A DNA stretch of 24,000 bases from Microcystis phage Mvi-JY20: the sequence record PP438412.1; one strand, given 5' to 3'. Every line of letters begins with the position of its first letter. Positions within the stretch are counted from its first letter, which is position 1. The notes under the pieces were generated by a model. The model made no database searches. It was not told the DNA's origin and saw only the letters and a list, made by a program, of their open reading frames with translations. The position numbers were made by a program, and so were the translations under genes. Positions 8,506 through 16,675 of the stretch are shown here, in pieces.

Positions 8506-9653
8506 TGAAAGACCCGACCCCCACCGGACAAATAGCAGCGATCATAGCCGAGCAGTTCGGAACAGCCCCGGCTGTCCCTGAAAGGACTACTTACTTGCCC
8601 ACGGGTATTCCTGTCCTCGACTACCTCATGCTCGCCCCGCAAGGACGGCCTGGGGGTCTGGCTCAAGGCAAAAACATCGAACTATGGGGCGAACAAAACA
8701 ACGGGAAGACTCTACTTTGCTACCTTATCGCGGCAATGTATCAGGAGTTTTTCCCGGATAGCCCCGTAGTTTGGTTTGACAGCGAAAACAGTTTTGATAG
8801 GGATTTTGCCGAAAGGATCGGCGTAGACCTCGATCCTAGTAAGCTGATGCTTGTACCGAGTGCTGACTTAGAGCAGTTCGGAAGCACTATGTCTGCTTTA
8901 CTCAGACAGAAGGCACCTTTGCGCTTAATCATCGTAGATAGCGTAGCCAACCTCGTTGATGCTCAAGCATCAAAGGATGGGCTACAAGGGGGGTGGGGTG
9001 AAAAGACAGGTGTCGCCAACCGCCCCCGTCAGCTTGCGCGTGTTATGCGCGAGATTAACCACCGGTTAACTGCCTACGAGCCCGCCGAACGACCTACCCT
9101 GATTCTCGTAAATCAAGCTATTGCTGCGATTGGTAACACGTACCAAACACACGAGCGTCCTGGTGGTAATGGCTACAAACACAACATCCAAGTCAGTTTC
9201 ATTGTGCGCGGTACTAACAAGTACCCAGACGATGATAAAACGAAGCACCCTACGCACTTTGAGGTGCGGTTGCAGACCACCCGATCCAAAATTTCTCCTT
9301 CACTAATGACCGATAAGGAGACGCACATCCATGTGTATTTTGACAACGCGATTCGGGCTACACGTACCGCTAACATCATGCGTAGCGCAATCGCGCTTGG
9401 TATCATCAAGCGTAAAGGCGCGTGGTACTCGCTGAACGTAAAGCGTGACGGCGAAGTTGTGGAGCTTTTCAAGCTACAAGGTGAGGCGAAAGTGTTTGAC
9501 TACCTGTTACGCCGTCCACGGCTGCGCCAACGTTTGTACGAGCGAATCGGAAGCAAGATGCTTAAAGCGGCTAACATGTTGCGCGAAAGGTATCTGGTGG
9601 AGGATGACAATGAGCTTGATGCAGAGCACGGTAGAGCAGAAGCAGCGGAATGA
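8505..9653 (+). CDS. RecA/UvsX-like recombinase
   Basis: TGIPVLDYLM, Walker A-like GEQNNGKT, VVWFDSENSFD, Walker B LRLIIVDSVANLV, central RecA-core architecture. Confidence 0.88.
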   Translation: MKDPTPTGQIAAIIAEQFGTAPAVPERTTYLPTGIPVLDYLMLAPQGRPGGLAQGKNIELWGEQNNGKTLLCYLIAAMYQEFFPDSPVVWFDSENSFDRDFAERIGVDLDPSKLMLVPSADLEQFGSTMSALLRQKAPLRLIIVDSVANLVDAQASKDGLQGGWGEKTGVANRPRQLARVMREINHRLTAYEPAERPTLILVNQAIAAIGNTYQTHERPGGNGYKHNIQVSFIVRGTNKYPDDDKTKHPTHFEVRLQTTRSKISPSLMTDKETHIHVYFDNAIRATRTANIMRSAIALGIIKRKGAWYSLNVKRDGEVVELFKLQGEAKVFDYLLRRPRLRQRLYERIGSKMLKAANMLRERYLVEDDNELDAEHGRAEAAE

Positions 9654-10266
9654 CCTCGCCCTGTACTACCAAGCCAAACTTGAAACCTCCAAACTTGCTA
9701 AAGCCTACATAGAGCGTATGCGCTATTCAAAAGACATCGTGCGTATGTTTGGTATAGGCTATGCGCCCATGAGTGAGTACAGTAGGCTTGCGAATCGCAT
9801 CATCTTCCCTTTGCGAGACATCCACGGTGACGTACAAGCCTTACAAGGTAGAAAGCTCAGTCCTACCGATGAAGGCCCTAAATACTGGCACACACCTTAT
9901 GACAAGTCCTCTCACCTGTATGGGTTTTACGAATACTTAACAACAGGTGTGCATAGCCCGCTCCTTGTATGCGAGGGGCCAAAGTGTCCTTTAGCCCTTG
10001 CAGAAATTGGAGTTCCAGCAGTCGCTTTGTTTGGAACTTCCATCTCGGTGAAGCAACTATGGTTGTTAGCTACAAACCAAAGGACTATCTACGACGCGCT
10101 TGACAACGACGAAGCAGGTATGAAAGCATCGTTAGTGCTGCAAAACCTATGCGCTGAACATGGTTTGAAATACAAAAATGCAAAAGCCCCCCATCCGTAC
10201 AAGGCGTGGTCAGACGCCTACGAAACCCTCACCAGCGACGAGTTCTACCGACTCTACACCTCGTAG
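9610..10266 (+). CDS. DnaG-type primase catalytic core (TOPRIM domain), no recognisable zinc-binding domain
   Basis: ANRIIFPLRDIHGDVQALQGRKLSPTDEGPKYWH, then TOPRIM-like LLVCEGPKCPLALAE...ALFGTS...YDALDNDEAG. ATG 9610 is preceded by GGAGG at 9599-9603. The tracked ORF from 9445 lies in recA shadow sequence. Confidence 0.8.
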   Translation: MSLMQSTVEQKQRNDLALYYQAKLETSKLAKAYIERMRYSKDIVRMFGIGYAPMSEYSRLANRIIFPLRDIHGDVQALQGRKLSPTDEGPKYWHTPYDKSSHLYGFYEYLTTGVHSPLLVCEGPKCPLALAEIGVPAVALFGTSISVKQLWLLATNQRTIYDALDNDEAGMKASLVLQNLCAEHGLKYKNAKAPHPYKAWSDAYETLTSDEFYRLYTS

Positions 10267-10342
10267 GTCACGACCCCTTTACTGGTATCGCAACGCTTGG
10301 AGAGTTGCGCCTCCAATTTGGAGTGGGGGAAGAATTGCAAAA

Positions 10343-10624
10343 GTGGCTGAAGAAGCTGAGAAACAGCCCGCACCTCCAAAGTATAGGCCAGGATGGCTGT
10401 GTGAGTATTATTCGCCTCACGCACCTGGACATCCTCGACCTGAATATTACAGAATTAGCCACGCTGAACGATGTGTCGTCACTGACGATGAAGGGGAAAA
10501 GACTCTTCAAATGGATTACTTTCTATACGATCCAGTAAAGGACGACACACTCATGGTGCGCGACCGAAACCACGTTAAACGCATCAACAAAATGAAGGAG
10601 GAAGATTGGCACGATTTCCACTAG
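10343..10624 (+). CDS. small hypothetical protein
   Basis: Frame 2 from GTG 10343 with upstream GGGGGAAG. VAEEAEKQPAPPKYRPGWLCEYYS... The longer tracked ORF (10178) overlaps the primase. Confidence 0.5.
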   Translation: MAEEAEKQPAPPKYRPGWLCEYYSPHAPGHPRPEYYRISHAERCVVTDDEGEKTLQMDYFLYDPVKDDTLMVRDRNHVKRINKMKEEDWHDFH

Positions 10625-10968
10625 CCTTGTATTCTCACCAGAACTATCCCGTCATAGCCGATCTGGTAAAAGCGCATTTCAATGTATGGATGCACCTAGC
10701 TGATTTGTGGGAGTCCTGCCCGGTGTTCGAGCTTGTGGTCGCCTACGCTATCGACGAGCTTGAGGGTTCCGCGCCTAGACTTACTCGTACGCGCAACGGG
10801 CATATTCGTGTCCATATCACCCACCGCACGGACAGACACTTGCTTATAGCCGCGATCATCAATCATACTCTCGACACACTATGCCCCGACGCTCCGTACT
10901 ACGATCCAAAAGCCCACGGGAATCTGTGGCTACCCTGGCTCAAAAACACATTCGAGAAGTACGGGTAG
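10606..10968 (+). CDS. hypothetical protein
   Basis: 120-aa ORF (TTG start) overlapping the genes on both sides, consistent with local packing. Confidence 0.55.
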   Translation: MARFPLALYSHQNYPVIADLVKAHFNVWMHLADLWESCPVFELVVAYAIDELEGSAPRLTRTRNGHIRVHITHRTDRHLLIAAIINHTLDTLCPDAPYYDPKAHGNLWLPWLKNTFEKYG

Positions 10969-11924
10969 TCAACTACCTGTCCCACGTTGATACCCGTGCC
11001 ACATTTACAAGTGGTATCAACGTCATTCGCGGGGCTAATGGTTCAGGTAAGACTGCGCTTGTAAACGCTATAAGTGCCACCCTACTTGGACTGTCCATAC
11101 CCAAGGAAGACATTCGACACGGACAAAAGTCGATGTCTATCGAAGTGACTCTGGTGGACGGTACGCGCATTAAGCGATCTAGGACTAACACCACCCAGAC
11201 CTACACGATCTACGATCCCGCAACCGGCCAGGAGAACACCTACAACGGCGTCTCTGACGACACAAAAGAGTTGCTTGCTAAGGTCACGGGTATGGGACAA
11301 CAGCGGTTATCTCAAAGAGAAACGCCTGTAAGTCTAAACTTTGAACCTATTGGCTCAGATGCCTTTTTGGTGGAAGGAGCTTCACCGGCTGTACTGCTCA
11401 ATCGTATCTCGTCATTACAGCCCGGCCCTGATTTTTCTGCGGCACGTAAGAGTCTGATAACGGACGCCGGTAAACATAAGCGAGACCTCGCAAGCATCCA
11501 AACCACGATTAAAGGTTTAGAGACAGAACAGCAACAACTTCAGTCTTCCGCATGGGATGCTTACGCAGAGAAAGTTGCTAAAGCGCAGGAGCTTCTGCGG
11601 GAATACCGGGACTTGGAATCTGACTGTTCGGTGCTGGAGGGGATACTTGCCGACATTCACTTCCTTGCAAACGAGAAGCGTACCCGTGTGACCTTACCTA
11701 AGGCGCATATAAGTAAGATCGCTGCGGTCGCAAATACCGTGGACGATTTGATGCAGGAACTCAAACTAATCGACGATACTGTACATTCGATCCGACGCTA
11801 TAGAGAAGCGGTTGAAGCTCGTAAAGCTGCCCAGGCTGCCTTTGATGCGATTGGAACGCTCACTCCTTGCTCCCAATGTAACAGGCTTGTTTTAGGAGGT
11901 AACCCATGCCAGAGTTCATCCTAG
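10926..11924 (+). CDS. Rad50/SbcC-like ATPase, N-terminal half (Walker A through zinc hook)
   Basis: EVRVVNYLSHVDTRATFTSGINVIRGANGSGKT, coiled-coil region, ends soon after zinc hook CSQC (11868-11879). Start is uncertain; GTG 10926 is suggested and the tracked ORF starts at 10881. Confidence 0.85.
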   Translation: MATLAQKHIREVRVVNYLSHVDTRATFTSGINVIRGANGSGKTALVNAISATLLGLSIPKEDIRHGQKSMSIEVTLVDGTRIKRSRTNTTQTYTIYDPATGQENTYNGVSDDTKELLAKVTGMGQQRLSQRETPVSLNFEPIGSDAFLVEGASPAVLLNRISSLQPGPDFSAARKSLITDAGKHKRDLASIQTTIKGLETEQQQLQSSAWDAYAEKVAKAQELLREYRDLESDCSVLEGILADIHFLANEKRTRVTLPKAHISKIAAVANTVDDLMQELKLIDDTVHSIRRYREAVEARKAAQAAFDAIGTLTPCSQCNRLVLGGNPCQSSS

Positions 11925-12865
11925 TTGGAGACTTACACCTGACCGACCGCACACCTTCAACCCGGGTTGGCGACTTGTTTGAAGATCAGACAAAGCTGCT
12001 GGAAGAGATCGCCAGCTATGCCAAGCCTGATTCATGGTTGTTAATGCCTGGAGACATCGGTCACCGCCGCGACTGGTCGCCTGCGGTACTCACATGGTTT
12101 ATCGACTATTTGAGTAACCACTTTCCAGGTCGAGCGGTTTGTACGCTCGGGCAACACGATCTCCAAGATCACAATGTGAAGGGGTACACCTCGCAGTCAG
12201 ATGTTGGTGTGCTTGAAGCTGCTGGGGTACTGACCGTGCTTGCAAATGGGCAATTTATTGAGATACCCGGTAAGAATCCGGTACGCATCAAGGGCTATGC
12301 TTGGGGTGATGTAACGGTTACGAAGAACACCCTAAACGTCCCTCGCGGAACAATAGCTCTCGTTCATGCGCCAGTCGCCCTAAATAAGGAACAAGGACGC
12401 CTACCGTTGAGCAGTTTGCAAATCAAGGGTGAAGGTGTCATCCTGTTCGGAGATACTCACGCAGGATTTGACCGCATTGATGTTTCAGGTGTGGCCTGTT
12501 TATGCCCGGGGGTTCTAACTGCAATGAACAGCGCGGAGGCTTACGTTCGCTCGCGTATCTACATCTACAACTCTGACAAACATACGCTCCTGGAGAGGAC
12601 ACTAACATCTGTGACTCCTGAGTTTGTACACAACGCCAAGCCTTTCGCGCAATCGGTTACGCATGGCTATGAAGCCTTGCTTCGAGAAGCCAAAGAGCAC
12701 ACAATCAGTGATGATCCTAAAGCGTTCATCGCTACGGTCGTCAAGAACGCAAAGACTGCCCTAAAGGCGCAAGAAGAGGTTGACGTGAACAGTCTCGATC
12801 AAGATTTTGAACGCTTGGACAAGGCAGGCCAACACCTTTTGAAGAGGTACATCGAAAGCACATGA
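11906..12865 (+). CDS. Mre11/SbcD-like metallophosphoesterase
   Basis: GDLHLTD, PGDIGH, LGQHDL, VHAPV, FGDTHAG motifs in order. Strong upstream SD (TTAGGAGGTAACCC ATG). Confidence 0.85.
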   Translation: MPEFILVGDLHLTDRTPSTRVGDLFEDQTKLLEEIASYAKPDSWLLMPGDIGHRRDWSPAVLTWFIDYLSNHFPGRAVCTLGQHDLQDHNVKGYTSQSDVGVLEAAGVLTVLANGQFIEIPGKNPVRIKGYAWGDVTVTKNTLNVPRGTIALVHAPVALNKEQGRLPLSSLQIKGEGVILFGDTHAGFDRIDVSGVACLCPGVLTAMNSAEAYVRSRIYIYNSDKHTLLERTLTSVTPEFVHNAKPFAQSVTHGYEALLREAKEHTISDDPKAFIATVVKNAKTALKAQEEVDVNSLDQDFERLDKAGQHLLKRYIEST

Positions 12866-13146
12866 ACACTCAAAAGCTACTAGAGGAAATTAAACGCAAA
12901 CAAAAAGACCTTCAAGAGAGTGAGGTGCAGTTAGAACACGAACGTAAGTACCTAGAGGAACGCTTAGAAGAGTTCTTCGGTGAGGATGCGCAAAAGTACA
13001 GCATCGACCAGCCGAGGAGTATTGAAAAAGCGTTGAAACGTCTTGAAGCTCGCCGTGAGGCAGCCAAGGAAGAACTAGGATCAACCAAGGAAGAGCTACA
13101 GAAACTCTGGGAAGCTCTACAAGAGGAGCAAGCCGGTGACGATTAA
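12862..13146 (+). CDS. small coiled-coil protein
   Basis: 94 aa, almost entirely charged heptad-like helix (KLLEEIKRKQKDLQESEVQLEHERKYLEERLEE...). Overlaps both neighbours. Sits between the Mre11-like gene and the Rad50 C-terminal half. Confidence 0.75.
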   Translation: MNTQKLLEEIKRKQKDLQESEVQLEHERKYLEERLEEFFGEDAQKYSIDQPRSIEKALKRLEARREAAKEELGSTKEELQKLWEALQEEQAGDD

Positions 13147-13753
13147 AGATCACGCCTTAAACGTAAAGTATCGTAACAGGCGCATCGACGAAATCGTAGC
13201 TCAGATTTCAAGGCTTGACACGCGCTTTGAGGACACAGCTAAGGAGCTTACACTGGCTACGGATGCTGCCGAACTAGCCAAGCAGGCAATCTACCTCAAA
13301 GCCGGGGCACGTCAGCAGGTGCAAGCCTTGGTAAGTGAGCTACTTACCTACGTGTTCTCAGAGCAGATTACATTCGTTTTTGAGGACAAGCTAGATGCCG
13401 AAGACAACCTTGTGGGCTTCGTACCCAGGCTGATTCGTGGTGAGTTAAGCTCAAGCTATACAGGTCACGGGCATGGAGCAGCCAACCTTATCTCTTTCGC
13501 ATGTAGGCTTTCATGCCTGCTCCTTAACGGTAAGGTGGCTCCGGTGCTTGTCCTTGATGAGCCTGCTACCAACTTAGATGCGGAAAAGTGGTCTCGACTA
13601 CTGGAGTTTGTCAACATCCTGGCCGAGCGTTATTCGTTGCAAATCATCATGGTAACTCACTCTCCCGTCTCAGGAAGCAACAATATCACTGTAACTTCTA
13701 GGGCTGATGGGTCGTCACATGTAGTAATTAGGGACTCTGCTAAGACAGAATAG
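13136..13753 (+). CDS. Rad50/SbcC-like ATPase, C-terminal half (signature motif, Walker B, H-loop)
   Basis: SSSYTGHGHGAANLISFACRL (signature-like), VLVLDEPATNLD (Walker B/D-loop), IIMVTHSP (H-loop). No Walker A. GTG start overlapping the coiled-coil gene. Confidence 0.85.
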   Translation: MTIKDHALNVKYRNRRIDEIVAQISRLDTRFEDTAKELTLATDAAELAKQAIYLKAGARQQVQALVSELLTYVFSEQITFVFEDKLDAEDNLVGFVPRLIRGELSSSYTGHGHGAANLISFACRLSCLLLNGKVAPVLVLDEPATNLDAEKWSRLLEFVNILAERYSLQIIMVTHSPVSGSNNITVTSRADGSSHVVIRDSAKTE

Positions 13754-13761
13754 CCAAAGAG

Positions 13762-14226
13762 ATGAATGCGCGAGGTAAGAAAAGCAAGGGCGTAAGGGCG
13801 GAAACCGAGGTCGCCATGATTCTCAACGACCGAGGGATCGTAACGCGACGTGTTCTATCCTCAGGTGCGCAGCGTGGAGCGAAGGGTGATTTACGAGTCG
13901 GTGTTGTTGCGACCGACGAGCATAGTCGTGATACAGGCACCGAACTGTTACGCGCTGAGGTCAAAAACTACGCACAGTTTCCCGAGGGTTTTTTGCAAGA
14001 GTTTGCCACGATGCAAGCCCCCGCGCCGACGTTACTCCTGAAGGCTTTGAGTCAAGCTAAGGAAGTGAAGGTAGCCATCGCTCGACATCCTAAGGGAGCC
14101 ACAGCAGCACGACTCAATAAGCAGCCGCTATTCATTGTTGCCATGTCACTAAACGACTTTGCTGATCTTGTTCTGGAATTGTTGGAGGCCAAGAAGTGTC
14201 GCTCACCGCACAAGAAGAAACCCTAA
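13762..14226 (+). CDS. Hjc-like Holliday-junction resolvase / PD-(D/E)xK nuclease
   Basis: KGVRAETEVAMILNDRGIVTRRVLSSGAQRGAKGDLRV...ELLRAEVKNYAQFP: E...SGA...GD...ExK pattern of archaeal-type resolvases. Confidence 0.75.
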   Translation: MNARGKKSKGVRAETEVAMILNDRGIVTRRVLSSGAQRGAKGDLRVGVVATDEHSRDTGTELLRAEVKNYAQFPEGFLQEFATMQAPAPTLLLKALSQAKEVKVAIARHPKGATAARLNKQPLFIVAMSLNDFADLVLELLEAKKCRSPHKKKP

Positions 14227-14939
14227 GTAAATACGGTAAGTATTTCACTTCCTACGCACTTGAGAAGGGGGACGACATTGACGAACTCGACGTGTGGGAA
14301 GATTTTCAGGAAACTTCCGCTTTTAGAAACGGTGGCGTTAATATCTACGCCGCAGATCGAGAAGCCTACATTGAAGCGCACAGGCTTGTAGAGACTCGCA
14401 AACTAGCCGTCAAGAAATTCCAGCAGGCTGGCGAGATTGAACGTCGCAAGAAGATTCTTGAAATACAGAGCAATCCTACGCAAGCTGTAAGTGAACTCCG
14501 CTATGGCGTGGTTCAGCTTGCCTTAGACGAGCTTGCACTTGCTTCTGAGCTTCTCAAAAAGGGCGGTAAGGAAAACATCAAAATGGCAATAGACTTGAAG
14601 AAGTCGGCTAACGCAACCCTCACCTCCAATGACCGTACGCTTCTCGAATATCTTAACAATGGTAACCTGCCCGTACCTGATGACCTTGCCCTACAAGTTC
14701 TGCAAGCGTCGCGGGGCTCGGCACGTCAGCGCGAACTAGACGAGCCTGTTCAGGAGGAGGAACAGCCTAAAGAGAGTGAGTCTGGAGACACCAACCTTCT
14801 TGAGGTTAGCCCTCTTGAAGCTGAAGCCGATGTAGCGCAAGTAGTAGCTCGACGTATCTTCGGTATGCCCTCAGATGATGTAACACCCACACAGGCACGT
14901 CCGAAGATTACGCTACGCCACCAACCAAAGAAACCATGA
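14196..14939 (+). CDS. hypothetical protein, possibly terminase small subunit by position
   Basis: 247-aa ORF that directly overlaps the start of the terminase large subunit. No motif supports the TerS call on its own. Confidence 0.65.
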   Translation: MSLTAQEETLSKYGKYFTSYALEKGDDIDELDVWEDFQETSAFRNGGVNIYAADREAYIEAHRLVETRKLAVKKFQQAGEIERRKKILEIQSNPTQAVSELRYGVVQLALDELALASELLKKGGKENIKMAIDLKKSANATLTSNDRTLLEYLNNGNLPVPDDLALQVLQASRGSARQRELDEPVQEEEQPKESESGDTNLLEVSPLEAEADVAQVVARRIFGMPSDDVTPTQARPKITLRHQPKKP

Positions 14940-16597
14940 GTGACGCTGTTGCAGTTACAAACGTAACACAAAACCGCTCGCAAACTGAGCAGTTGGTTAA
15001 GGAGTACAAAGCGGCTGATCTACCGCAAATAACTCAAAGGTACATCATTGCAAACAGAGAGCGGTTTGTCACTTTTCCTCGCACCGCAGAAGAGCACTAC
15101 GATTATGTTCGTGCTATTTACGGTATCAACATCCCTACGCAAGCATGTTTTGAGGACACGATTTCCCCGTTTGAGTTCTACCACTCGCTCGTCGCTGCAA
15201 CGCATCCTGATCTCGTAGTTGTTGCCCCTCGTGGTGGTAGTAAAACCTTCTACACCGCTCTTGCCTCTGTTACACGAGCTTCTACATGCCCTGGTACAGT
15301 CATCAAGCACACTGCCGCTGACGAGTCGCAGCGCAGAGCTATGTCGGATTACATTGAGATGCTCGCGGCGAACGAGTTGATCGCACAAAGTCTGACACGC
15401 GCTCCTCAAATCAGTAAAAATCGCTGGCGCAATAAATCCTCCTGGGGTGTTCAACTGGGTACGGCCAAGGGGATTTCAGGTAGCCGTCCGCACCTACTAA
15501 CACTTGACGAAGTGGAGTTCATGAAAACGGCGACCCTTGAGCAATCACTCGGGAACCCGATACCTTACGTCAAGCACGGTATCGAGCTTCTCCCCGTTTG
15601 GGCAGCATTTTCTACGCGTCAGTCGGTTTCAGGTGCTATGTATTGGTTGGTTACAGAAACCATCAAGCGTGGATTCACCTTCATGTACTGGACGGTTTTT
15701 GAGACCATGCAACCGTGCAAGACATGCCAAGCCATAGACGAAGCACCGTATGGTAGTGACAAAACTCGAAGCGCAATATGCAACCTGTGGGAGGACTGTC
15801 TGGGTGTTGCGGCACGAAAATCTAACGGCTGGGTTCCCCGTGAAATGGTTATGGCGCAGAAGCGCAAACAGACTGCTGAAGGCTGGCGCACACAATTCAT
15901 GTGTAAAGAGCCGGGAGGTGGAGGTCGCGTCTTAGACAACTTCGTAGTGGCCGATGAGTCTGAAGGTGGAAACCTGACCAAACGTCGGTATGACTACGAT
16001 CAGCCAGAGAAAAACCGTCGTATCTACCTTCTCATTGACCCGGCAGAGGGTCAAACCGCAGTTGCTTATTTCGCCCAGATTCAACAGATTGGTGACGAAG
16101 AGAATCTGGTTGTATTTGATATGGTCATTGTTGAGAACTGCTCAACCACTTCGAGCCTAAAGAACGCACTCTGGAACCGGATTGTCGAAATGGCATATCC
16201 TATCGAGCATATCCGCTGCATAATCGACCCTCACCGAACAGATGCGATCAAGGAATTCAGGGCGGGCAGCGAGCTACTTCCAGGGGTTGAACACTCGTTC
16301 AAAGTGCTGCACGTCTCTATGAGAGCGAAAGACGGCGGGCAAAACATCAACACTACCATGAACTTCCTGAAGACCTTGATCTGCACTGCTACAGGCAGGC
16401 GCACCCTCAAGCTCAACAGCACCTTCTGCCGAGGAGCAATCTTACCAATCCAAAACTATGCCTACAAAACCGACATTACAGGTAGGCGCATATCCGTGAA
16501 TCCCGAAAAACTGCTTTCTGACTACATTGATCCGTTGCGTTACGGGAGTATGTATTTCTTCCAGAAAGAGATGCTCACGTTCAAAGCCGGGCGGTGA
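14936..16597 (+). CDS. terL: Terminase large subunit
   Basis: ATPase motif APRGGSKT, Walker B HLLTLDEVEF, followed by a nuclease-like C-terminal region (LLIDPAEGQTAVAYF, CIIDPHRTDAIKEF). Confidence 0.85.
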   Translation: MSDAVAVTNVTQNRSQTEQLVKEYKAADLPQITQRYIIANRERFVTFPRTAEEHYDYVRAIYGINIPTQACFEDTISPFEFYHSLVAATHPDLVVVAPRGGSKTFYTALASVTRASTCPGTVIKHTAADESQRRAMSDYIEMLAANELIAQSLTRAPQISKNRWRNKSSWGVQLGTAKGISGSRPHLLTLDEVEFMKTATLEQSLGNPIPYVKHGIELLPVWAAFSTRQSVSGAMYWLVTETIKRGFTFMYWTVFETMQPCKTCQAIDEAPYGSDKTRSAICNLWEDCLGVAARKSNGWVPREMVMAQKRKQTAEGWRTQFMCKEPGGGGRVLDNFVVADESEGGNLTKRRYDYDQPEKNRRIYLLIDPAEGQTAVAYFAQIQQIGDEENLVVFDMVIVENCSTTSSLKNALWNRIVEMAYPIEHIRCIIDPHRTDAIKEFRAGSELLPGVEHSFKVLHVSMRAKDGGQNINTTMNFLKTLICTATGRRTLKLNSTFCRGAILPIQNYAYKTDITGRRISVNPEKLLSDYIDPLRYGSMYFFQKEMLTFKAGR

Positions 16598-16602
16598 TCG
16601 CC

Positions 16603-16628
16603 AAAAACTTTGAAACTTCAAAGTTTTT
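16603..16628. repeat. copy 2 of the palindromic repeat (AAAAACTTTGAA-AC-TTCAAAGTTTTT), intergenic
   Basis: Perfect 12-bp arms around a 2-nt centre, 5 bp after the terL stop. Shares 26 identical nt with 4751-4776. Could also act as a weak AT-rich hairpin. Confidence 0.85.
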
Positions 16629-16639
16629 CAGCCGAGGTA

Positions 16640-16669
16640 TTGACATCAGCCGGGTTTCGGTGGTACAGT
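16640..16669 (+). promoter_or_regulatory. putative sigma70-type promoter (TTGACA-18 bp-TACAGT)
   Basis: Consensus -35 with good -10, immediately downstream of the palindrome. The predicted +1 falls near the ATG at 16676. Confidence 0.55.
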
Positions 16670-16675
16670 GAGCGC

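Noticed and set aside
7908-8666. 252-aa minus-strand ORF with poly-Ser runs
   Set aside because: Antisense shadow of the GAG/GAA-rich tail. The composition is explained by the + strand repeats and it overlaps two supported genes.
9445-9609. N-terminal extension of the primase ORF
   Set aside because: Lies in the alternate frame of recA. ATG 9610 has a good Shine-Dalgarno.
10310-10323. Short palindrome ctccaatttggag
   Set aside because: Only 6-bp arms, expected by chance in a window this size, and no second copy was noticed.
16610-16675. TTG start of the ORF after terL
   Set aside because: The start sits within the palindrome and upstream of the promoter-like element. ATG 16676 is more plausible.
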